The notes: generated by a model not told the origin, from the letters alone. Positions 36,050 through 49,495 are shown, counted from the stretch's first letter. The stretch: DNA of 64,000 bases from Sphyrna mokarran (GCA_024679065.1 JAGIQG010000004.1:41292001-41356000), one strand, 5' to 3'. Numbers and translations: made by a program.

Positions 36050-36770
36050 CCATGTCAATAATCCAGCACATCTTGCAGAAGTTGCTATGGCAAGGTTGTA
36101 TGGTATTGTGGTCACTATTCTCCTGAAAGCTGGGTAGTTTGCTGCAGACAATAGTCTGTTTCAGGTTGTTTGAAGGCAAAAAGTGGGGTGTGGGGATGGC
36201 CTAGGTGGGATGTTTTTCTCCATCAATGACATGTTGAAGGCTCCAGAGAAGATGTCATAGCTTCTCCGCTCTGGGGAAGTATTGGACAATAATGGGTACT
36301 CTGTCAACCTTGTACCGTGTTTGTCTTCTGAGGATTTTCATTGTGGTGCGTCAGAACTGTGAGTTGAGTGCCATATCCTGTTCTTGTGAGGGCATCTTTC
36401 AGAGTCTGGAGGTATCCATTGTGATCCTCCTCATCTGAGCAGATCCAGTGTATACAGAGGGCTTGTCTGTAGGGGCTGTCTTCTTTTACTTGTTTAGGAT
36501 GGAAACTGAAGAAGTGGAGCATCATGAGATTATTTGTGGGCTTGTGGTACAGTGAAATGCTGAGGTAAATGTCCTTGATTGAGATGCAACCAATTCTGGA
36601 GAGTAGTTGATGGGAGTCTGATGGTGGGATGGAACTTATTGATGTCATCATATAATTGTTTCAGTGATTGTTCACCATGAGTCCAAAGGAAGAAAATGCC
36701 ATTGATATATCTAGTGTATAACATCGGTTGAAGGTCCTGTGCGGTGAAGAGGCCTTGTTCGAACCTATTC
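36050..36770 (-). mobile_element. Penelope-like retroelement fragment (RT C-terminal half and linker)
   Basis: ORFs 36530..36772 (YTRYINGIFFLW, a degenerate RYIDD), 36304..36651 (LYHKPT..FHP..ICSDEE) and 35850..36179 (PCHSNFCKMC). Confidence 0.85.
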
Positions 36771-36897
36771 AATGTCTACTGATTTCTCCATCCTTATGTA
36801 GTCTTGATGGTTTTCACTATTCCCCTCACAGTCCACAATAGTTCCAAACATTTGTAATCTGCAAATTTTGAATTCATGCTCTGCACACCTATGTCTA

Positions 36898-37033
36898 GGG
36901 CTGGAATATTACAGCCTTCATGTCAGCAGGATTTTTTCATCCCAGTGCAATGAACAGAGATTTGGCTAGCCACCAAGTTCTCCAACCTCGCTGCAGCAGG
37001 AGCATGGCATGAATTGCCTGTAAGATCAAGCCC
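36898..37033. mobile_element. 136-bp MITE with GGGC termini and apparent TA target duplication
   Basis: TA|GGGCTGGA...TCAAGCCC|TA inside a CR1 fragment; related copies at ~2356-2482, 35820-35947 and 52563-52698 share GAGATTTGGC..GCCAAATTCTC. Confidence 0.75.
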
Positions 37034-37324
37034 TAGGTCATTAAAACATTTAAGAAAAGCAATGGTCCTGATACCAACTCCTGGGGCATTCATTGATATA
37101 ATTTCTTTCAGTCAGAAAAATAATCATTCTCTGTTTTCTTTCACTCAGCAGACCTAGTATCAATGCTGTCACTGTCCCTTTTGTTCTATAGGCTTCAACT
37201 TTGCTGACAAATGTATTATGTGACACTTTATCAAACACCTTTCGGATGTCTATGAACCTCACATCAGCTTCATTAGTGCCATCAACCCTCATCTAAACCT
37301 CAATTAAAATTAATTGGACACATT

Positions 37325-37510
37325 TGGATGGCATAGCAGCACAGTGGTTAGCACTGCTGCCTCATAACACCAGGGACCCAGATTCCATTCTGGCCTTAAG
37401 TCGTTGTCTGTGTGGAGTTTGCATGTTCCCTTCCTCCCTGTATATGCGTGGGTTTCCTCTGGATGCTTTGGTTTCCTCCCACAGTCCACAGATGTGTCGG
37501 TTAGGTTAAT
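37325..37510 (+). mobile_element. HE1-like V-SINE 5' part
   Basis: GCACAGTGGTTAGCACTGCTGCCTCA head and V-domain. Confidence 0.78.
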
Positions 37511-38109
37511 TATTTATTATCATTTCCAAAAGTTTTTCCATCATCATGGTTAATAGCCTATAGCTATTGGGTTTATCCTTACACCCTTTTTTGAACATTT
37601 CTGTTATTTGGCACCTGCTCACAATGAAGTTGGCTTGCTGCTGCAGTTTCTAGCCTTACTTCACTCAGTATCTTATAACATATCTAGTCCTGGTGCATAT
37701 CAACTTTAAGTACAGCCAGCCCATCTATTAATTTTAGTTCATCCTGTTTCTCAGCCACCTTCTCTTTCACTATGACTTTGGCAATATCTTCTTCCTTAAA
37801 GACATGTGCAATGTATTTATTTAATCTCTCAGCCATACCCTCTGCCTTCATGCACAAATTATCCTTTTGGTTTTTAATCAGCCCTCCTCCTCCTTTTATG
37901 TCCCTTTACCTATTTATAGAGCTAGAAAAGACTTTTAGATTCACATTTGTCTTAGATGCCAGTCTCTTCTCACACGTGCTTTGCTGCTCTTCTTTCCATG
38001 TGAACTTCTCCTCTGATGTTTCAATATTCAGCTTGATTCTCATTTATATGATCAGCTTGATGTCTGTCCTATCCATTCTTTTTCTGCTTTATGTTACTCA
38101 CTGCCTCTT

Positions 38110-38465
38110 TTATTCTCCAGGGAGATGGTGGCAGAGTGGTACTAGCCGCTGGACAAGTAATCCACGATAATGTTCTAGGAAGCCTGGTTTGAATCCCGCC
38201 ATGGCAGATGGTGAAATTTAAGTTTGATAAAACATCTGAAATTAATGACCAAGAAACCATTGTGTAAAAAGCTATCTGATTCACTAATGTTCTTTCGGGA
38301 AGGAAATCTGCCATTCTCACCTGGCCTGGCCTATATGTGACTCCAGATTCACAGCAACGTGGTTGACTTTTAATTGCCCTCTGAAGTGGCCTACCAGGAG
38401 ATTCAGATGAGCAATAAATGCTGGCCCATCCAACAATGCCTAAGTCCAATCAATAAATTTAAAAA
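38110..38465 (+). mobile_element. Deu-domain SINE (SacSINE1-like)
   Basis: tRNA-like head (GGTGGCAGAGTGGTA..GGTTTGAATCC) plus GGAAGGAAATCTGCC..CCTGG..TGTGACTCCAGA..GTGGTTGAC..TGCCCTCTGAA; partial copies at 40750-40915 (+) and 15635-15825 (-). Confidence 0.7.
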
Positions 38466-41229
38466 AGCAGCCTATTACAGTTTTGCCTGCCAATGTTTGA
38501 TTCCAATTTACCTGGATCTATTCTTATCCTGTTGAAATGGTCCTCTTCCAATTAATTATTTTTAGCATGGATTGTTCCTTGTTCTTTTTCATAGCCAGCC
38601 CAAACATTATGTGACATTCCCCTAAATATTCCTCTCCTGACCACTTACCTCCTCCTCATTCTTTGGTATCAGACCTAGAAATGTTTCCACCTTCAATAGA
38701 CTGGGAGCATACCGGTGTAAAAAAAATCTCCTGAACACACCTTAGAAGCTCTTCCTCATCTCTGCTCTCTTTGTTTAATTGCTATTCAGGTCTATATTAG
38801 GATTATTGTGCGGGGGCAGGGCAGGAGGGGGAGTGGTGCAGAATAATTCAGTTGGTTCAGATTAGCATAAACAACACACCTTTGATTCCCATTCTGGCTG
38901 AGATAGACTTGGTAACTGCCTCCTGTTTCTGTCCCTGAGAGTGGAAAGCAATGGCAAACCACACTGGTAAAAACTGCCAAAAGAAACAGCTCAGGATGAA
39001 ACACCAGCAGAGAATGAATCGAGAACCTGCCTCCGGGCTGTGTGCACATGAAGGAATAGTATAATTAAAGCACCCCTGTTACAACCTTTCAATTTTGTAC
39101 CTTTGCAAATTTTTAATTGTATGGATAAATAAAATATGTAAAGTTACAGAGAGAAATGTAAAGTTCAAACAGATCCTGTCAAATCTTTAACGATCACTAA
39201 GAAATAACTAAGTACAAACACTAATTTATCAAATTATTCTGGGATCCAACAGGATTAATCTGGAGAAATAGGGAATCTTCTCAAGTAAGGCAGACAGAAG
39301 CAAAGTTATAAGAAATATAAGGAAGTGTTTGAAAGATAAAAGGAAGAACGGTTGCTGAATAGGTAGTCTTTGTGAATCCTCCACATTTGTAGTAGAATAA
39401 CAATTAGATGAACAAGTGGTGGGAGTTTTTCCTCCAAAATGCAATTAGAGTAAACATTTCTGCATTGTTTACACTTCTTATGTGTCAATCAATGTGAATA
39501 TACACCAACTGCAGTGTAACCAGAACAAACAGGACTTCTGTTCTGCAGAAAGGGAAAGCAATTTATGGATGTCTCAATAACCTGGTGTCACTGAATCAAA
39601 TTTTCACCTCAAATTGTGATGGACTGGGCTTCTCGTTGTTTGAGGTAGATGACAAAAGGGCCCTTTCTGCAATAATCCTTTCAAACCTTGTAAAGTACAC
39701 AACAACCGCTGACAACCTTTGATATTGAAGCTGAGGTGAGATTGACACAGAAAACAAAATTGGTTTCACAGACGTCTGAGGACTAATTTTGCATTGGCTG
39801 AAAGCACAAGGAATTAGGATACAATGCAAAGTGCAGAACTTCAGAACAAGGCATAGGCAGATTTACAGTGACCTATCTGTTTTTCATGTATGATATTAAA
39901 ATCACACACTATCTCCCTGCTCTTTGTAAACAAGAAACAAAGCAATAAACTGTTCAATGTGAGAGGATTATCACTACACACTGGTTTCATGTCTGCTTTT
40001 ATGTATGGTCAAAATATTAATATTCAAAGAACAGCAAACAGTTATAGTTGAATAATACTATCTGTGAGAACATTAATATGGATGTCTCCTCCTCCATTAG
40101 TTAATGCAATTAAAACCCATTATTTGAAGGTAAAGCTGGATTTAAAACAAGAATAAAATCAGAATTCTTTTAAATTCTTTCTAGAAAATTGCACAAATGC
40201 CCATCTTTGTATTTTCTTAGTAAGTTTAAACTGACAATGATGTAAATCCTAATGTTTCTGGGGCAGAAATCAGGCTGCTCCAAGCAATTTGAAAATTCAC
40301 AAGATTATTATGTTAAATATAATATACTGTAAAATTCAATAACAAAAAAGGCAAAGAAAATCCAGAATATTCACCACTTTAGTAAACTGCAGTCAGAATT
40401 AAGAAGCTGGAAGGAAATAAATACCATTGTGATCTTTCTTCATCCTGAGCATGTTTCCTATTCATAGGTTGTGGGCATCATTGGCAAGGTCAGCATTTAT
40501 TGTCCATCTCTAATTGCCCTTGAGAAAGTGGTGGTGAGCTGCCTTCTTGAACTGCTGCAGTCCATGTTGTATAGCAATCACATTGGAAGTTTTAACATTA
40601 GGTTTTGTGACAGAGCTAGTTAAATGGATGGCTTGGCAGTTCTGAGAATTGGCTTCACTGAGGCAAGGCAGATGTTCATATCAATGATTTTGATATGCCA
40701 GGTTAATGATTTGTACCTCAGGTAAATAGAGGCACACATTTCCCATTTATGTCGCTTAGGGAAGGAAGTTTGTCCTTAACTAGTCTGGCCTTCATGTGAC
40801 TCTGGAGCCAGAGCACAATGTGGTTGTTTCTCAACTGCCCTCTGAACAAGGGCAACTAGGGATGCACAATAAATATTGGCCAGCCAGCAATGCCGATGCC
40901 CACGAATGAATTAAAAAAAATGAGTGGATGCATTGAAATCAATGCGTGAAACACTATAGGTCATCTTTAACATGTTCTCAGTGTCAGCTCAAGAGCTATG
41001 CTGATTAAAGTTGAGAGTAGGTAACAAGCTTACTTCTAGGGCAGGAAACGTGCTGAACTGATGGAGTTCTGAAGGCAGAGGGAACAATTACACTAAAGAG
41101 TTTTCAATTAAGCATCTTTTTCAGATTACATAATTTCCCTTAATCATTTCTAATTTATTTCCTATTTTTAAACTGCATTCAAGTGATCTGTTTCCGGTTA
41201 CTTCCCTATATATTTTGGATCTACCACAT

Positions 41230-42215
41230 GTTAGGAAAAGGCAACAACACCTCCTCCACAATCATCCTCAACACCAGTGCCTCACAAGGCACTGTGTTCT
41301 CAGCCTCCTGTTACACTCTTTATACATCTATGACTGTGGCCAAATTCCCCTCCAATTCAATTTTCAAGTTTGCTGACAATACCACCATACTGGGTCGGAT
41401 CTCAAACAATGGCGAGACAGAGTACAGGAATGTGAGAGAGAATCTGGTGAACTGATGCGATGACAATAATCTCTCCCACAGTGTCAACAAAACGAAGGAG
41501 ATTGTCGTTGACTTTAGAAAGCATAAAGATGAACATGTCTCTGTTTATATGAATGGGGACAAAGTAAAAATGATCGAAAGCTTCAAGTTTTTAAATGTCC
41601 AGATCACCAATAACCTGTCCTGGTCCTCTCCATGCTGACACTATCATTAAGAAAGCCAACCAACACCTCTACTTTCTCAGAAGACTAAGGAAATTTGACA
41701 TGTCAGCCACGACTCTCACCAACTTTTACAGATACATCATAGAAAGCATTCTTTCTGATATAAACAGCTTAGTCTGACTCCTGCTCTGCCCAAGACAGCA
41801 AGAAACTACAAAAGATCGTGAATGTAGCACAATCCATCACACAAACCAGCCTCCAATCCATTAACTCTATCTACAGTTTCCACTGCCCCAGCAAAGCAGC
41901 CAGCATAATTAAGGACCACCCACACCTCAAAATACTCTGTTTCACCTTCTTCTGTCAGGAAAAAGATACAAAAGTCTAAGCTCATGTACCAACCAACTCA
42001 AGAACAATTTCTTCTCTGCTGCCATCAGATTTTTGAATGGACCTCCCTCGTTGATCTTTCTCTACACCCTTGCCATGACTGTAATACTACATTCTGCACT
42101 CTCTCATTTCCTTCTCTATGTACAGTATGCTTTGTCTGCATTCTGTGAAAGAAACAATACTTTTCACTGCGTATTGATAAGTGTGACAATAATAAATTAA
42201 GTCAAATCAAATCAT
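41230..42215 (+). mobile_element. Rex1/Babar-type LINE 3' part (RT C-terminus)
   Basis: KFADNTTILGRISNNGETEYR..LVN, KKANQHLYFLRRLRKF..TLTNFYRYIIESIL; ends AATAATAAATTAAGTCAAATCAAATCA. Confidence 0.85.
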
Positions 42216-42519
42216 AAAGGATGACATGAAAACACACTGACATAACTTGCCTTCCATTTTTTTTCTCAACTTCATTTCTTACCTTTGGTTATCCTGTCCA
42301 ATGTTATGGTTCTCCCATTTGCTACTCCAGTCTCCACCACCTTTAGCTAATTAGGAATGCATTTGCTAAGAACTACTGTCTTCATGAACCAAAGCATTGC
42401 ACCCCAATGAGTTGTGCTTTCCAAATTGCTTCTGCAAAGTGACCCAAGCTGGGAAACGGATTCAGGTCCCTGTGCTGTGAGACAGCATTGCGAACCACTG
42501 TGCTACAAGGAACTCCATA

Positions 42520-43720
42520 TAAATGGTTCCCCAATGCTTGTTCTACAATGACTGCAGGAATTCAAAGCCAAGAAGGAACCATGTGTTAAGTGGGCACTGA
42601 AAAGACTGCTGGATGGAGTGCTACAGAAGCAGGAAACTCTTTACCCACACAGCAGGAGATAGCTATCAGCAGTGTGACCTCCTACCACAGCCCCATCCCC
42701 CACCACCCTCTGCAACCAGGATGCAATGACAGCCCTGTTGAGTGCACAATCACTACAAAAAAAGACTTGGACTGGGGAGCAGTGTTGGAAGAAGATAAAT
42801 GAGCTTCTTCGCTCAGCCACGGTAAGTGAACAACTCCTGGTCTCCCACTGGACTCCCTCACACATCCCTCACATTCCAACCCCTCCTCTCACTCAGCCAT
42901 CTTTGCCTCTGCCAACAGCAGGCACCATGTCCCACTTCCCTCCCACAATCACCATGTTCCCCCAATAGCTACAATGTCTCTCACACTCCAGGTCCCACCC
43001 AAGCCCCATGCCTGCCTCACTTCAGCACATCTGAAATGTCCACATTCCCACCTACGCTCTGCCTACTGAACCATTTCAGGACAAAATGGAGTTCGACAAG
43101 CATCAGCGAGCACAATTATCCATAGTCATACCGGAATTGCAAATCCTCGCACGCTTGGAGGAGTATGGCATCAAGCTCGCCAGGGGGGAGGAAGACCGTT
43201 TCTGTGCTGTTGTGTAGTCGGACCAACAAATAAACAAGAGGTTCCTCCACACAAATGCTGTTGTTCCTCAAATCTCAAACGAATAAACAATGTTCCTTCC
43301 GTGTCCCATTTAATGCACTGATACCACATGCCTTCACTTCCTTGTTGGCCATCAGAACAGGCCGGACAACAATGCCTCATGGAATAACTGGATGCCAGGA
43401 GAGAGGGGTGTCTCTGATCCCATCGTGAAAGAAGCATCACATCTGTCACTCACATCCACACCAGCGCAGATACTGGCATTTCAGTGGGTCCATATAGAGG
43501 GTAGGCTTCTGGGTCAATCACTTACAGCTGAAGATCCACAGCAGACCGAAGCAGAGACATCTCAGGGAACAGCACTCCAAGGGATGCTCTGCTGAGCCCC
43601 ATGCTGATGATGTGTGCCTCTTATCCCACAATTGCTGGAGCTGCAAAGGCAGAGTCATGAAACTCAGAAAGGGATGACAGCAGCAGCTGGTATCTCTGAA
43701 GTGTGTCCACTCTAGGATAA
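42520..43720 (+). mobile_element. Harbinger-associated Myb/SANT-like ORF remnant with introns
   Basis: TGEQCWKKINELLRSAT followed by a GTAAGT donor (~42822), a C-rich intron, an acceptor CATTTCAG (~43079), then DKMEFDKHQRAQ..PELQILARLEE; later segment resembles 61280-61450. Confidence 0.6.
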
Positions 43721-44064
43721 CCTACCATCCTGGGCTTTCAGGAATCATGCTATATTTTGACCTTTAGTCACATGTCCTGAGTCAAGCTTTCCCAAGACAC
43801 ATTTTGTCCAGGATTTCTTCTGTCTTGGATTTCTAATGCAAATGTTACTCTGTGCGAGCACTGGGTCCGCATTGAGTTCTTGGCTGACTTTTCAGGTGAT
43901 TGGATGGGAGACATTGCCATCCAGGAGCAATGTCCTGTAGGAGGCGGTAGGTCATCCAGACACAATCCTACAAGTCACTGGGAGTCAAAAGCCAACATAG
44001 TCAACTCAGGGATGAAGACCTGAGAGCTTGCATGCAGCGCCACAAGAAATCCATTCACTTTGCA

Positions 44065-46200
44065 TGAGTGATTTCGTTTGATACATATGTTGGCATATAG
44101 TGCAAGTATTCTTTCTTGTGTGCTATACAGGCAAAGAATACCATTCATAGAGAATAAAAGAAGTGAGTGCAGAACGTAGTGTTATAGTCATAGCTAAGGT
44201 GTAGAGAAAGGTCAACTTAATATGAAATAAGTCTATTCAAAAGTCTGATGGCAGCAGGGAAGAAGCTGTTCGTGAATCAGTTGGTACATGCCCTTAGATT
44301 TTGTGCCCTATTTTACCATTTTGATTCTAAGTGCTGGGTGGACTTGAAACTGAAAGTGTTTCAGATCTAACTTTTAGACCCATTCTCCAGTGCCCCCATG
44401 TGCATTCTATCTGAAAAAAAAATTCAACGACTCTGAATTGTGCTGCAGAAGCCTGTGGCAGGGCTTATTGCACCCAAAACACTGTAGCTCCAACTGCGTA
44501 GGCAGCACCAACTATGTAGGCGCAGAAAAAGATGATAGAATGCAATTCCCCTGCCACATCGCACCCAGCCGGATAATGCTTCCCTCGGCCCTCACTTACA
44601 TTGCTCCACGCCCACAACATTATTGATCCGCTTATCCTCCATCCCGTCGGCCACTCAGAATGATCGCAGGCCTCTCCCCCTCACCCCCCCCATTGATTTC
44701 AGACTGAGTGGCAGTGGACCCCCCTTCCCCGCTCTCCCCAGACTGATCTCAGGCAGAAAGCTGTTGGATTCTCGGCACTTACCTCTTCACTAACTGGTAC
44801 ACCTGAATCAGACTTGTTTTGTTTTGCATATTTGTTTTGCACCAATTCAGGCTGGGGTGGTAAAGGGGGAAGTGCCAGGAAGATTGGATGCGCAATCCAT
44901 TAGGTCAATTGAAATGCATGAAATTGCATTAAATGGACATTACGCCCGTTTTTGGTGCGGTCTCAATCGTGGTCATTTTTGGGCCTTGGTAAAGGGAGAA
45001 CCGATAGGAAGGTGGACACGATCGTGCTACTCGCCTCATGCCCAACTTTTATCAAATTTTTGCACCCAAAAATGGGTGCAACTTGATGGTAAAATCAGGC
45101 TTTATATCTTTTTCCTGATGGCAGAAAGTGAAAGAGAGCATGTTTAGAGTGCATGGGGTCCCTGATCATTGTGGTTGCTTTTCTGAGGTAGCAGGAAGGG
45201 TTGATAGAGTCAATGGGTGAGAGGCTGGTTTACATGATGGGCTGAGCTTTGTTCATGACCCTTTGTAGTTTCTTGCAGGCTTGGAGAGAGCAAGAACCTT
45301 ACCATGCTGTGATACAACCAGAAAAATGCTTTTTATGGTGCATTTCTAAAAGTTGATGAAAACCAAAGCAGACATGCCAAATTTCCTTAGCCTCCTGAGA
45401 ATGTAGAGGCATTGTTGAGCTTTCTTCACTATAGCATCAGCGTGGAGGGACCAAGACAGGTTGTTGGTGATCTGGATATCGAGAAACCTGAAATTGTTGG
45501 CCATTTCCAGTTCGTCCCCATTGATATAGACGGGCATGTCCTCCTTTACACTTCCTGAATTCAATGATTATCTTTTTTGTTTTGTTGACATTGAAGGAGA
45601 GATTATTGTCATTGCACCAGTTCACCAGATTCTCTATCCCTTTCCTGTATTCTGTCTCATCATTGTTTGAGATCTGACCCACTACAGTGGTGCTTTCAGC
45701 AAAGTTGGAGGAGAATTTGGCCAAATAGTCATAAGTCTATAAGGAGTATAGTAAGGGCTGAGGACACAAACGTGTGGGGCACTGGTACTGAGGACGATCA
45801 TGAAGGAAGTGTTATCTATCCTTATTGATTGTGGTCTGTAAGTTAGGAAGGCTCAGATCCAGTAGCAGAGGGGGGAACTGAGCCCCAGGCCACGGAATTT
45901 GGAGATGAGCTTTGTCGGAACAATAGTGTTGAAGTTGAGCTGTGGTTAATAAATCAGAGCCTAACATCAGTATCTTTGTTACACAGGCATTCCAGGGTTG
46001 AATGTAGGGCTAGGGAGATGGTGTCTGCTGTTCACTTGTTGTGTGGGGGTAATAGGCAAATTGTAATAGATACAGGCAATCCGGTAGGCCAAGATTGATT
46101 CATGTCATGACAAATTTTTTGAAGAACTTCATAATAATGGATGTCAGAGCTGCTGCACATTAGTTATTAAGGGATGTTGCCTGGTTTTTCTTTGGCACAG
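44065..46200 (-). mobile_element. Rex1/Babar-type LINE fragment interrupted by a MITE
   Basis: ORFs 45437..45724 (TTVVGQISNNDETEYRKGIENLVNWC..NVNKTK) and 45346..45564 (KKAQQCLYILRRLRKFG). Confidence 0.85.
44305..45100. mobile_element. Non-autonomous DNA transposon (MITE-like, ~800 bp)
   Basis: Imperfect TIRs GCCCTATTTTACCA / TGGTAAAATCAGGC; splits a LINE whose sequence resumes on both sides. Confidence 0.7.
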
Positions 46201-46764
46201 GGATCAATGTACAGAGTGGTTAAGATTAGTGAATCTGCAAATGCCATATTTTATGGCATGTCCTGTAAACTCTACTCGGCACTTCAGAGACTCTCAATTC
46301 ACTACACCTCACGTTCATCGAGGAGCAATATTTATTACTTAGGGCTCATAACTGACACTCATATTTACATCCTCACAGATATTGCTGCAAACCCCTCCCT
46401 CTGCTTCATCACCCAAACACATTGCACCGTACTCACCGACTTAGTGAGAAATTATGTATATACAGGAAGCACATTACTGATTTCTACAGCCATATTGCAC
46501 AATGAAGTGTAAAAATATTATCAATTATGTATTTGGATCTTTTAACAGTTTGCCAGTCTTAACTACTCAAGCTGAAATATTCCGCCATTCTGCTTCTACA
46601 GTAAAGCCACATGAATAATTGTCGTAGGAAATGGAAGTAGGCCCAATGGCATATTCCCAGAAATTACATTATGTTCTTGAGTCAACAATCAAGTGACATT
46701 AAATTCCATCTAACAAATTTGTGTTTTACTGAAAGCATGAAAAGACAAAGGTTAAAGTAATGGT

Positions 46765-47225
46765 AGTGATTCAGTGGCTAGCACTGCTGCCTCACAGCTG
46801 CAGTGACCCAGGTTTGATTCCCAGCTTGAGTCACTGTTTGTGCAGAGTTTACACATTCTCTGCATGGGTCTCCTCTGGGTACTCTGGACCAGGGAAATGG
46901 TCACTTGTTGCAATAATAGGCGGATTGTAACGGATCCAGGCAATCTGGTAGGCCAGGATTGATTTGTACCATAAATAACTTTTTGAAGCATTTCACAATG
47001 GAGGATGTCAGAGCTGCTGCACGATAATTATTAAGGCATGCTTCCCCCAACAGTCCAATGATAGGTGGATTGGCCATGCTAAATTGCCCCTTAGAGTCCC
47101 AGGATGTGTAGGTTAGAGGGATTAGTGGGTAAATACAAGGAGTTATGGGGCCTGGGTGGAACAGTTGCCAGTGCAGACTTGAGGAGCTGAATGGCCTCCT
47201 TCTGCATTGTAGGACTTCTATGATT
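46765..47225 (+). mobile_element. HE1-like V-SINE interrupted by a Rex1 LINE piece
   Basis: Head at 46770, insert ~46888-47040, CR1-type tail ending TTCTATGA. Confidence 0.75.
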
Positions 47226-47774
47226 ACAGTGGTAAAATGTTACATTTGTAGTTGTGGTCATGTTTTACTTTGCTGAATTCCCCTTCCTGTACCCCTTTCA
47301 AAATGTAACACAATAAAGCAGATAAAAAGAAAGGGTTCGAGATGCTAATTTAATCTTAGATGTCAAAATTGCAATCTTCACTCTCAGCTTATGATGCAAT
47401 TTGAACTTCGTCAATTAAATTGTACTCTTCTGAATATTGCCTTTTTTCCTTAATTGCATATTCAAATTATGAAATCAAACAATTTTAAATTTTGTGCAAA
47501 CATCAGGCATTCTTGTCTTGAAAATGTAAAACATAATATTTAACCGAGGTTAAATTATTTGCAGGGCTTTGATTAGACTTGTTGCATAAGAATGAGATTT
47601 AAAATTTAGATTTAAAACACAACAATTTTAAATTTGAACTGTTCTGGGACTAAGTGCTAATGTAGGACAATGAGAAGAGGGGTGAGAGGCAGGCGAAACC
47701 TGATGTTGTATAGGATGTGGTCAACTCCAACTTGAAGAAATGCCACTTAGTGTGGGTTATGGTTGGGAGGTAGT

Positions 47775-48092
47775 CATAGAATCATAGAATCCCTGTTTTA
47801 CAGAAGCAAGTCATTCAGCCCATCGAGCCGGCACTGACAACAATCCCACCCAAGCACTATCCCCAAGACCCCACTTTACTAATTCCCCATAGCACTAAAG
47901 GGCAATTTATCATGGCCAATCAGTCCAGACTGCACATCTTTATGCCGTGGGAGGAAACCAGACCACCTGGAGGAAACCGATGCAGACATGGGGTGAATAT
48001 GTAAACTCCACACAGACAGTCACCTAATGCTGGAATTGAATCTGGGTCCCTGGTGCTGTGAGACAACAGTGCTAACCACTGTGCCATCATGC
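47775..48092 (-). mobile_element. HE1-like V-SINE
   Basis: (CATAGAAT)n tail and reverse-complement head CAGTGCTAACCACTGTGCC. Confidence 0.8.
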
Positions 48093-48864
48093 AGGCCTAA
48101 CCCAGGAGAGCTTTGGAATCATTGGGCAGAACTTAATGAAAACTCTGAGAGCAAGAAACATGGCAGTTGACATGAACTAATAATGGGAGAATGAAATTAC
48201 AATGGAGTGTTCAGAATGAAAAATTAAGCTGGTGTTATGGCAGTGGCGGGTTAGGCCATATGTCATCCAGTATTGGATTCCTATTTATAATACATTTTCA
48301 TGTCATGAGCACTTGTTGGGGGAATTCTTAGGCCACCCAGTCACTGTTTCTCATTGGTGAAAGCTGTTCATTGGTGGCAAAATTTTCTAGTCTCACTGCT
48401 GTCAATGGAACTGATGTCACTCCCATGCCACCATGAAATCTGGACCAGAGAATCCCATTGGCATGACCAGCTGGAGAAATCCCCCTGTTATCTGGTACGT
48501 AACATTTTGAAATTAAGTCCTATCTTCAAGATCAAGTCTGCAGTGCATGAGGACTTCACGGCACCCTTTTCATGTTCATTTAAAGATACCATACACTAGT
48601 CAGCTTTATGCAGTTGTATCTGAGGTGAATGGTTGCCTTTGATTGAATCTGGCACAGGAGTGAGGGTAGCGCAGGAGGATGGAAGTTTGGATGGAAGTTT
48701 GGGCCCAGCAAGAGCAAGTTAGGGATTGGGAGGATGGAACGATGGGAGGTTTTAGGCAGGAACATGAAGAAATTAAGAGCTGGTGGAGTCAAGTTGTGAA
48801 CAAGTCGAAGTGGACTTTGAGGGTTTAGAATCAGGAAATGGGAGTATGCACTGGAAGGTGCCTG

Positions 48865-49495
48865 GCATAGAGTCATAGAGATTTACAATGTGGAAACAGG
48901 CCCTTCGGCCCAACTTGTCCATGCCACACTTTTTTAACTACAAAGCTGCTCCCAATTGCCTGCGTTTGGCCCGTATCCCTCAATACCCATCTTACCATGT
49001 AACTGTCTAAATGCTTTCTAAAAGACAAAGTTGTACCCGCCTCAATGTGAAAAAAATTGCCCCTTGGGCCCTTTTGTATTTCCCCCCGCTCACCTTAAAC
49101 CTATGCCTTCCAATTTTAGACTCCCCTATCTTTGGGAAAAGAGATTGACTACCTAGTTGTTCTATGCTCCTCATTATTTTATAGACCTCTATAAGATCAC
49201 CCCTAAGCCTCCTATGCTCCAAGGAAAAATTCCCAGCCTGTTCAGCCTCTCCTTATTAACTCAAACCATCAAGTTGCTGTAGCATCCTAGTAATTTTTTT
49301 TCTGCACTTTCTAGATTAATAATATCATTTTTATAATAGGGTGACCAGAACTGTACGCGGTTTTCTCAAGTGTGGCCTTACCAATGACTTTTTTAACTTC
49401 AACAGGACATCCTAAGTCCTGTATTCAATATTCAGACCAATGAAACCAAGCACCCTGAATGCCTTCTTCACCACCCTATCCACCTATAACTCTAT
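48865..49495 (-). mobile_element. CR1-type LINE 3' part
   Basis: ORF 49007..49222 EHRRLRGDLIEVYKIMR..LFPKIGES. Confidence 0.85.

Larger units (their letters stand above)
35295..38770 (-). mobile_element. Old fragmented CR1-type LINE hosting nested Penelope, MITE and SINE insertions
   Basis: ORF 37050..37292 DVRFIDIRKVFDKVSH (degenerate YMDFxKAFDKVPH); 3' end at ~35300. Confidence 0.7.
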
